Shown piece by piece: positions 54,069 through 64,000 of a DNA stretch of 64,000 nt. The stretch covers positions 25,600,001 to 25,664,000 of the forward strand of contig CP068257.2 of the NCBI GenBank assembly GCA_009914755.4, given 5' to 3'. Position 1 is the stretch's first letter. Each line of letters opens with the position of its first letter. The notes beneath the pieces were generated by a model. It saw only the letters and a list, made by a program, of their open reading frames with translations, did not search any database and was not told where the DNA came from. Source of the DNA: the human T2T-CHM13v2.0 reference genome, Homo sapiens. The translations under genes were made by a program, and so were the position numbers.

Positions 54069-54451
54069 TGTGTATTATTCTGTTCTCACACCACTAATAA
54101 AGACATACCTGAGACTCTTCCTTTTATAGAGGAAAGAGGTATAATTGACTCAAAGTTCAGCATGGCTGGGGAGGCCTCAGGAAACTTACAATCATGGAGG
54201 AAGGCAAAGGGGAAGCAAGGTGGTACCTTCTTCATAAGGCGGCAGAAAGGAGAAGTGCAAGCGGGGGAAATGCCCTCTCTTATAAAACTATCAGATCTTG
54301 TGAGACTCACTTATTATAATGAAAACAGCATGTGGGAAACGGCCGTCATGATTCAATTACCTTCACCTGGTCCCGACCTTGACACATGGGGATAATGGAG
54401 ATTATAATTTAAGGTGAGATCTGGGGGAGAACACAGATCCAAACCATATCA
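54069..54451 (-). mobile_element. Solo LTR of the ERVL-MaLR family (MST-like)
   Basis: 'gtgtattattctgttctcacaccactaataaagacatacctgagact...gactcaaagttcagcatggctggggaggcctcaggaaacttacaatcatggaggaaggcaaaggggaagcaagg...ccaaaccatatca'. Confidence 0.75.
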
Positions 54452-55440
54452 GAAGGCATTTCTTAGAGAAAAAAAAAAAAGACAATTAATATCAAGAGTG
54501 GTCTGAGAAAAACATTTTTAAGATAGGATTTTGGAACTGAGTTGCATTCCTGCCAGTTCTCCCCAAAAACCTCATCACAGGTAGCATGTAGGACATGAGC
54601 AAATCCTTCAAGCTATAATGTTTCATAGTCATGGCATGGGTAAAATGTGCCATGACTATGAAAATGGATAGGATATTGGTGGAAGAGAATGCACTGGCAG
54701 GTCTAATAGGCTAGGCTTTTGAGAAATGCAGGTAAAGAGTTAAATATAAGGACTATAGTATTTTATAGCTATTGCTGGAGAAAATGTATGCAAAAGAGGA
54801 AGACAATGGAAAGATGAAGATAATCCACAATTAAAGACTAAATGTGAAAGCTACAGGCTTCATGAGCAAGATACAAAGTAGAGATTAGATTGGCTGGTTG
54901 GTTACCCATCTGGAATGAGAAATATTGGAAGATAAGGGACAAGGAAATCTAAGTATGTCTCATATAGAAATAGGCTTCTGGGAGAGAGAAAAAATTATTA
55001 AATCCTTTTTGCATGTCAATGCCTATCGGGAGCACCTTTTCTGAAGTCCCACACCTTCTCTTGCTCTCACTTCCTTTCTGTTTGAAGAACTTCCTTTAGC
55101 CATCATTTAACAGTTGGCTTGCTAGCGAAATATTTTAATTTTATTACATTTGAAAACGTCTGTATTTCCTCGTTACTCCTGGAAGATATTTTTGCTGAAT
55201 ATAGAGTTTATGGTTGACAGTTTATTTCTTTCAGTACTTGAAAAATGCTGCATCACTTCCTTCTAGCTTCCATTGTGGAAAAGAAAGTCACCGTTATTCA
55301 AATTGGTGTTCCCCTGTAACACTCATTTGTCTCTGGTTGGTTTCAAAATATTTGTCTTTGTCATTAGTTGACAAAAATTTATTTATTTAGGTGTCTTGGC
55401 ATGGATTTCTTTGGGTTTATCATACTTAGGGTTTCATCTA

Positions 55441-55804
55441 TGATATGGTTTGGCTGTATTTCCACCCAAATCTCACATTGAATTGTAATAGTCCTCATGT
55501 GTCAAGGGTGGGGCCAGGGGCCAGGTGGAGATAAATGAATTATGGGGGCAGTTTCCCCCATACTATTCTCATGGTAGTGAATAAGTCTCATGAGATCTGA
55601 TGGTTTTATAAATGGGAGTTCCCCTGCCCAAGCTCTTGCCTGATGCTGTGTAAGACATGACTTTGCTCCTCATTCTCCTTCTGCTATGATTATGAGGCCT
55701 CCCCAGCCATGTGGAACTGTGAGTCAATTACACGTCTTTTCTTTATAAATTACCCAGTCTCGGGTATGTCTTTAGTAGCAGTGTGAGAACAGACTAATAA
55801 ACAA
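55441..55804 (+). mobile_element. Solo LTR of the ERVL-MaLR family (THE1-like), opposite orientation to its neighbours
   Basis: It begins with the canonical 'tgatatggtttggctgtatttccacccaaatctcacattgaattgtaatagtcctcatgtgtcaagggtgggg...' and ends '...ctttataaattacccagtctcgggtatgtctttagtagcagtgtgagaacagactaataaacaa'. Confidence 0.8.
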
Positions 55805-56019
55805 TCAGCTTCTGCGATCTCAAATTTCTGTCTTTAACCAATTCAAGAGTTTTCAGCCATTATTTTCAAATAATATTTGTGTTACCCTCTTTATTCTTCT
55901 GAAACTTTGCAGCTAGAAATCTCAGCTCTTCTGTTGCTGTTCCTCAGGTTTCTGACATTCTGTTCATTTTTTCTGTAGAGTTTATTTTTATTATTTTAAT
56001 TTTAATGTAATTATTTTGA

Positions 56020-56224
56020 GACAGGGTCTTACTTTGTCACCCTCCAACCTCAACCTCCTGAGTAGCTGGGACTATAGGCACATGCCACCATTCCTGGCTT
56101 TTTTTTTTTTGTAGAGATGGGGTTTTCCATGTTGCTCAGGCTGGTCTCAAACTCAGGAGCTCAAGTGATCTACCCACCTTGGTGTCCCGAAGTGCTGAGA
56201 TTATAGGCATGAGCTACCGTATGC
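56020..56224 (-). mobile_element. Alu SINE with about 60-bp internal deletion
   Basis: 'ttgagacagggtcttactttgtcaccctccaacctcaacctcctgagtagctgggactataggcacatgccaccattcctggc' is followed by a T-run and then 'gtagagatggggttttccatgttgctcaggctggtctcaaactc...gctgagattataggcatgagctaccgt'. Confidence 0.75.
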
Positions 56225-57613
56225 AGCATTTACAATCCATTTTTAATCCATTGTTCAGACTGAGAAAATTTGATTGACATATTCTAGAGACTCCACTTTA
56301 ATGACAAAGCAATCCAGTGAGTTCTTTTTCTTCTGGTTGTATTTTTCAGTTCCATAATTTCCAGTTGGTTCTTTTATATAACTTCTATTTCTTTGCTGAA
56401 ATTTTCTTTATTTTTTATTTTAAGATAACTTATAATTGTTTTTTAAAGGATTTTTATGAAGGCTGCATTAAAGTCCGTTTCCGATCATCTCAACAGTTGA
56501 TTCTTTTCGGTTTTGGTCTCTATCATTTTTTTCCCATTCAAGTTGTAATATTTTATTTTTCATTTGAATATTACATTATGAGACTCCAGATCCTATTTAA
56601 TCTTAAAGTATAGTGCAAGAGTGGAGTGAGTTTCTATGTTCTGCTTTATTCTCATCCCCACTGGTACCACCCAAGCGAAGGCAGACAGCTGACTCACACT
56701 GCTTCATTGGAGACAGGTGCAGTATAAGCTCAGCTCCTTTCTAAGCCCCACTGACATGAGAAAATGGAGAAGCAGAGGTCTGAATAATACCGCTTTGTGC
56801 TTCTGGGTAGGAGTCGTAGGTCAGCTCCTTTCTAGGCCTCACTGGCACCAGGGGAGGAGAAGGAAGGAAGTGGAGTACAAACTAGCCTTGCCTCTGTCCG
56901 CCTTGTTCTGTCTCATTGATATTGGGTAGATGAGGAGACTTATTGTTCCCCTGGACCCTACTGATACCAGAGATGTGGGCAGAGTGCTGCCATCTGGAGA
57001 TGGAGATTCAGGATCTCATTGGGTTCTGACAACACAGAAGGCTGAGTGGGTGTGTGGGAAGAATGATGCCTAGCTGTGAATATCCTGCCTCTGCATTGCC
57101 TTGTTGTTGGATTCCACCAACGCTACCTTGGTGGGAGAATTGCAGCATTACCTCTTGTACAAACAAGAGATTGAGATCAGTACCATTTGGTCCCTGTTAT
57201 ACTAACCCAGTAGGTGAATTAGATTGTTGTCATCTACTTCCACTAGAAGAGGTTTGCATAATAAACTCCTTTCTCTGCACTGTTAACAATATCCAGCTGT
57301 GAAATAGAAGCTCCATCTGCTTCTGCATGACTGGGAATGGAAGATTAGTTGTTTGCTCAGTGCTGCTGACACCATAGTTTTTCCATTGGGAAAATTGGAG
57401 CTCTACTCCCTGCCTCTGCAAGATAGCTTGGTGAGACAGAAGATCAGCTCCTCACTCAGCCTCACCGAAACTGTAGGGTGGGGAGAGGGTATGTTGATGT
57501 TTTTTATTGGTGTTTGGCTGGAGTAAGGCAGCAATTGCTGGAATGGTGTTCTGTTGTTTGGCCACCTGGCCACTTTTTCCTAGTACTTTGGCTAATAGGA
57601 ATTGGTTTTTCTT

Positions 57614-57692
57614 CCAGGTTTTTTTTTTTTTTTTTTTTGGTGTTCTATTGGCAGTTATAAGTGGGCAATTAAAAAAAAAAAAAAACCTGGGA
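57614..57692. repeat. Perfect palindrome CCAGG-T22...A15-CCTGG with 32-nt loop
   Basis: The left arm is 'ccagg' plus 22 T at 57614-57640. The right arm is 15 A plus 'cctgg' at 57673-57692, the exact reverse complement over 20 bp. The loop 'ggtgttctattggcagttataagtgggcaatt' lies between them. Confidence 0.9.
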
Positions 57693-59262
57693 ACTCACCA
57701 CCATGTTCCCCAAGTCTCAAGGTCACTAGTCAGCCTACTTTCTTTGTTAACATTTCAGACTTTTTAAATGCTTGTTTGTTGTGTTATATCCAATGGTTTT
57801 TAGTTATAAGAGGGAGAACCTTGGTTGTATTAGGGCGATCCCATCTTGACTGTAAACTGGAGTACAACTGGTGATAAAGGAGTGTGAAAGACTGCCCTCT
57901 GAAGGGTTTGCTCAGTGCCAGAGATCTTTTGAGATTGCTAAGAGTATATCAAATTTAAAGTCCTCCCTCTGTCTAATCCCAAATGTGTGACTCTTCTGAA
58001 CGAGGTGTTCTGAAGAGCACTCCCTAGAAAACTGCCTGAAAGCAAATCTAAACCTCAGGGTCTGTTTTCCATAGAGCCTGAGGTAAGACATAGACCTATG
58101 AGCTTGTTACATCTCAGGAGGAAGAGGTGGTCATGTGATCTTTCCCAGTCTGCAAATATAATGTCCATGTTCTTTCAATCTCAGTGTCTGACATTTCCAA
58201 AGGAACTGTCATTATATTCTGCATATCTTTGTGTACTTCCTAATATTTAGTCATTGTTTCTGCTTATGTATCATTTCTATTCCTTTTTAATTTGTATTGG
58301 CTTATTTCATGAACTGGTGGGAATTTGGGTATCTGACACTCAAAAACGTTTGTGAAAAATTTGATTGATACAAGTTAATCATTCTCATTTAACAAAAGAA
58401 CTAGCTTTTGTGTCAATGTACTCCATAGAATTCTGGTCACCCTAGAGTTTGTTAGGTTTGGATTAGATGCTCAGCTCACTCCTAGCCCAATCAACTATGA
58501 CAAGCGGGGTTTAGAAATATGTTATAACTATTTCCATTTCCCTCAGTAGAATTCTGGGTTTGAAAACTTCCAGAAGGGCTCTGGGTGTGGCACATTTTCT
58601 CTCGTTTTACTTTTTTATTTTTGAATTCTATACTGGTCATTCTTTATTTACATTTGTTTTTCTTTTATTCCTGCTTCTCTGTATCTTTGGCCAGAAGCCT
58701 GTCTGTGTCTTATATACTTTAACCAAAATCTGGCACTTGGCTTGTTTTACTTTTCTGGGTGGCATCGTTACTTTACCCACACTGTTTCCACATTTTGGTG
58801 TATCCACCCAGTGGTTGAAAGGACTACAGGGCACTTTCTAGTAAATTATTCTAAGATACAGCAACTGAAGCACCACCGTATTTCAAAACATAATCAGAGA
58901 CCTATAAGTCACCATGAAATGAAAGATTCGTTTACAATTATGACTGTAACAGAAATGTTAAATCCTGTAGCTTCTAATGCTTACTAAGTTTCGTTGAGGT
59001 TGGGTTTCACACATGGTTCCCATCTTCACAGGGAATATACATAAAACAAAAGAACAAAATACAATGAGTGGAGGAAATAGCCAATGTTTTTGGTTATTGG
59101 GCACATAATCCCCCTCAAATTAATCACATTCTTTGTCAGAAAGAGATTTATATTTCCTACCCAAGGAAAGGACAAGAGACCTTTTCCAAACTTGTAGATG
59201 TTTGACAGTCTCCTTTCACCATGATATACTCTCTTATTTCGTTTTCTCCCCACCTCTTATTC

Positions 59263-59569
59263 TTATTTTTTATTTTTATTTTTTTTTGAGTCAGAGTCTC
59301 GCTCTGTCACCCAGGCTGGAGTGCAGTGGCACTATCTCAGCTCACTGCAGCCTCAGCCCCCTGAGTTTAAGTGATTCTCATGCCTCAGCCTCTGAGTAGC
59401 TGGGACTACAGGTGTGCACCACCACACCCACCTAATTTTTGTATTTTTAGTAGAGAAGGAGTTTTGCCACATTAGCCAGGCTGGTCTTGAACTCTTTACC
59501 TCAAGTGATCCACTCGCCTTGGCCTCCCACAGTGCTAGGATTATAGGGATGAGCCACCATGCCTGCACC
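59263..59569 (-). mobile_element. Alu SINE (AluS-like)
   Basis: A T-rich tail precedes 'gagtcagagtctcgctctgtcacccaggctggagtgcagtggcactatctcagctcactgcagcctcagccccctgag...aggattatagggatgagccaccatgcctgcacc'. Confidence 0.85.
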
Positions 59570-61253
59570 CCCATATTCTTTGATGTGTCTCCTCTGTCTC
59601 TTACTCACAGACCTTTATAATTCAGTGCGTATGTCTGTGTGTGTGTGTTTATTGGATTGGGTTTGATTATTTCCTTGATTTATATATGCAGAATTTCACA
59701 ATTCCAACTTTAGTGGAATAATTAAATCAGTTTTTTTGTACCAGTAAGTATTTCTATGACCCTATCTCCTTGGTATTTGACACAGCAACCTCAAAGAGCT
59801 TGCAAATTCAATAAATATTTAATTTACATGGAAGTGAGTAAGGCCCTTGACATATGTTGCATTAAAAACTATATAGTCTAAAGGTCCCTTCCAATTTTGG
59901 GCACCTTTAAGAATGCTCTTTAAGTTCCATAATACCTACCCACCACCTTTGTTGTTGTTGTTTAAAAATATAGCTACCTATAACTTCATAAAATAACAAT
60001 GTATTTAGAGAGAGGAATATCTCAAAATCAAGCTCTGGTAAACGTTGAATTTAACAGTCCATAACAGTGATGCAAGATACTACCTCACAGTCCATTTTTT
60101 AAAACACCAACCTTTGTCTTAGAAACAATTTGGCTTCAAGCACTGGCTTTCATAAATCAAGCAGTGTAGAGAACAAGAAGCTGAACACGCCAAGAGAGTT
60201 TTAGCAGCTCAATACATTCTTCATCCAGAAGTTGTAGGAAACTATCATATTTTTAGTAGATTTTTAAATGAGGAAAGCAAGATTTTTCAAATGAATCATA
60301 CCTAAGTACTTTCCCATGTAACTTTTTAAACTAGGGATTGAAATACAGCCTTATAAAAGTGATCTACATGTAAGCTTGTATCGCTGGTTTGGGGTATGAT
60401 GGAGTCAAGATAAAAAGATAAGGTTTAAGAATAACATACCTTATAAATTGCATTTTGAAAATTTTCTTTTTGTTTTGAATAAAATTATTAATATATTGTC
60501 AACAGCAAAATCAGATCAGATTGAAAACTTTAAGTTTATGGTACATACAAATTGACAGTTGATGAACTGTGAATGCTCAACCTAAAAGTGGTCAAAGGAA
60601 GTTCAGACATATGGTATTATAGGCTGGGGTATAAAACAAAAATGAAGAAGTCACTTAATCTCTACAATAATTGGCTATTGCTACTGAGGTTTCAAGATGG
60701 CAGGGAGTTAGTGGAAGGTGATCATATTATACCATTTTTAGAAGCCAACGTGTTTCATTTATGACTGTCAGAGGCATTTACAAGAAATCACCTAAGCTAC
60801 GTTTCACTCAGGTGGCCTAACTGATTTTGTCTGATCAGGGGATTCTCAAGCTTGGTCTCCATTTTATTTTAACACTACCCACATTTTGGTCAGCCTCTCA
60901 GAAAGCTGAGCATGTGGCCAAATGGTATAGCATTACTCGGAGGTACCACAGTTGATGTAGTCACTGGAGGGATAGTCAGGAAGTCACTGTCACTGAGGCA
61001 TGCATGACCATCACAGACATGGGTGGTAAGGGCATTGAGTTCTCTGAACTACATAATCCTGATAGATGCCATTTGATGTGTGAGTGGCTTCCAAAGGGCA
61101 TTTAACACACTTGAGAAGATAGAACTCTCCAGAGAGATTAATACAATGATTATGAAGAGAGTACTAGTCAAGGACTGAAAAATTCCCTAGAGCAGAGATT
61201 CCCAGGAGCCAAGATTTAACTAGTTAAATACATTCATGAAAGAAGCCTCGCCT

Positions 61254-61662
<409 letters not shown>

Positions 61663-64000
61663 TTATTTTAAGTTTTGGGTAACAATGCCTAACATATTAA
61701 CATAGAAACAGCGTTTTCTCCCAGTAAGAGCATAATCTCCTTTTTGAGCAATTAGGGTATTAAGAACTCTCCTATACTGAAGCTAAATTGTTCACTTCAG
61801 ATTGTATTACTTGAAGATAACTTAAGGCACTATTAGAAACATAAAAAAAAAAGGTTAATAGTTGGAACAAATTATAAGATTAGTTTTTTTAGTCTGGATG
61901 GCAGTTAGTTGCAGTTTCTAGATTTAAACTTAAAGATTCAAATCTAAAAATGATGGAGTGAGAATAGCAGTTGCAATGTGATGGATTTTCCCGGTTTGCA
62001 GTTTGAGTGTTTCTGGTTATGACACGGGGTGTTATAGTGGCCTCTCTGAGAAGCCCACACAGTAGCAGGCATGAAAGTTGCCCATATATGATTTGTTATG
62101 GTAATTTTTTTGAGGTTTATACCAAGTGGTCCAATTTCAGTTTGCAGAAATTGGAAACAGATCCGTTTTAATTTTTAGTGAAAAAAGAAGAATTTGGGAT
62201 CTACTCCAGTTTATGGGTAAACAATAAAACCTCAAAGACAATCAACAGGTTAGAATTATGTGAGGTGAAGAGGTTTGTGTACTAGGAAGTGGGCCCTCAC
62301 CAGATATCAAATCTTCCAGGACTTTATCTTGGACTTCCGGCCTCTAGAACTGTGAGAAAAAAATTTCCAGTGCTTGTAAGCCATTTAGTCTATGATATTT
62401 TGGTACAGCAACCTGAATGGACTAAGACAACTTCTAAATGAAAAAAAGCATATATCTATAAAGCACAATGAGTAGATATGGACACTACTAGGAGTAAAGA
62501 AACATTTATTGAGTGGAGTGGTAGAAAATAATAGTGCTCAGCCATGTCTGATTGTTTTTTCTTCTATGGAAATATAGAAAATCACACCTCCTAACAGGCC
62601 CATAGGATTAGTTATGGCCAAGGAAAAATGAAAGGAAGTGATGTGTCTCACTTCTGGGCTGCAGGAACAGTAATCCCATATACAGTTCTCCTATCTACCA
62701 CTTCCTCCAAGACACAGAATGTGGAGGCCACTGTTGAGGATACAATGTGAAAAGGATGAAGCTGCCTGGTATACTGAGTCACTGCCTGGTGGATCAAGTC
62801 AACCAAACGCATGGTGGACTTTACAGACATGAGAAATACATTGTGCTGTGTTCTGCTGCTGAGATTTTGGGATTGTAGCATATCCTCATCTATCCTCACT
62901 AATATGGGAAATGGTTAAATGATAACACACATCTATCTACCATCTATAAACATGAATAACATTTCTGAGGTATCAATTTGCAAACAGCATAAAACAGAAA
63001 GAAAAACCTCACACTCTGAAATTTGTCATTGAATTTAATAGCAAGTTAAGTAAGCTGTATCGCCATAATGCTACTTACGTAGACACTGTTGGAAATGGAT
63101 TGATTTTGTTGACTGCCTGCCCGTGTGGTAAATCCCTATAAGTTAAAGGCACACACAAAGGTCATATTTGCCTCAGTAACGAATTTTTTAGTAGCAAGCA
63201 GTAGCCACTGTCAGGCTACCATAAAGGATGGTTCCACGAAATGGCTGGAAATGATGCTCATGCTCTCATAACGAGTGGCAGGGAAATAAATCTCTCCCTC
63301 ATTCTGATAGACTTTGCCGTGTTTGGCAAAGCTTTCTAAAGCTGTGATAGAGAGTGGAGTTAGCTTCAGGAATAAGCCAGTCCCGTAAGAATGTTAGAGG
63401 AGGCCTTTCCGTGTCCAGCAATAAATTGTCTATCTGATAGGTCAATTGACTCCTGTTGGAGCCCAGATCATCCTGATTGCTGCACCAAGCACCATCATCA
63501 GTGGACCATGCTATAGGAAATAACAGTTATTTAAGAAGTGGGGAGATTTCACTTGTGTTCTCCAAAATATTGGGATTTTTGATTCTGCAACAGTAAGATA
63601 TACAATTTTTTTCCCCATTCTTCTCTGGATATATTTATTTAATTTGTAAAAAAAAAATCTCTCATGGCAAGTCTTCTATAGTTATCACCAAATAATTCTA
63701 AATTTCTGGGAAGAAGACTGGTTTGAAAATCCATTGATTGCAGACATTTCTAATGGTTGACCCCTCTTTTTCTCAGCCCCAAGAAGCTATAACTGGATGG
63801 GTGAAACATGATGTATATTGCCTTTATTGCATTCTATGAAGAAATGAAAGTCAAGCTGAAGCAATTAATGTTCTTTTAAAAATGGTCTCAAACTCAGTAT
63901 ATAACTGTTATTTAACTGATGATTTGATTAATTAACTGACTTATGGATCATTTTCTATCTTGGTGAGGAAAAAAGTATTCATTGTCTTTTGGTGGCAGCT

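Noticed and set aside
56640-57560. Region with three copies of a 'cagctcct(t/c)(t/a)ct(a/c)agcc(c/t)cac' motif, possibly an old LTR or L1 5'-UTR with monomer-like structure
   Set aside because: I could not match it to a family. The motif copies are short and diverged, so this is insufficient support for a feature call. It is mentioned as context in the palindrome finding.

Overview
This 64 kb window reads as human (primate) non-coding DNA, either intergenic or deep intronic, and is AT-rich, repeat-dense and gene-poor. It contains no bacterial-style operon, CRISPR array, rRNA or tRNA.

Most of the sequence is explained by transposable-element fossils:
- Twelve or more Alu SINEs. Several look young (AluY-like) and keep intact target-site duplications (TSDs) and long pure poly-A tails.
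- Six full-length solo LTRs of the ERVL-MaLR group (THE1/MST type), plus one short fragment. Four of the six lie between 52.8 and 55.8 kb.
- An internally deleted Tigger (pogo-superfamily) DNA transposon. It still carries a recognisable but frame-shifted N-terminal CENP-B/pogo helix-turn-helix transposase segment.
- A second, Tigger2-type terminal inverted repeat (TIR) fragment.
- MIR SINE fragments and diverged LINE-1 ORF2 fragments.
- Many microsatellites and low-complexity tracts: (TG)n, (AAAT)n, (GAAA)n, (GA)n, (CAAAA)n and polypurine/polypyrimidine runs.

The six-frame ORF track shows nothing longer than 115 aa. Most of the longer ORFs fall inside Alus, LTRs or simple repeats, so I call no protein-coding gene. 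No CpG island is evident, since CpGs occur essentially only inside Alus.

Features the repeat annotation does not explain:
- A perfect 27-bp inverted repeat at 21.5 kb.
- A perfect CCAGG-T22...A15-CCTGG palindrome at 57.6 kb.
- An ~80-bp direct repeat pair 1.1 kb apart at 32.4 and 33.5 kb.
- A GA-rich tandem duplication at 35.8 kb.
- An unclassified insert nested inside an L1 fragment at 13.2–13.7 kb.

I see no evidence of a novel protein-coding system. The window looks like an ordinary transposon graveyard with a few structurally interesting non-B-DNA motifs.
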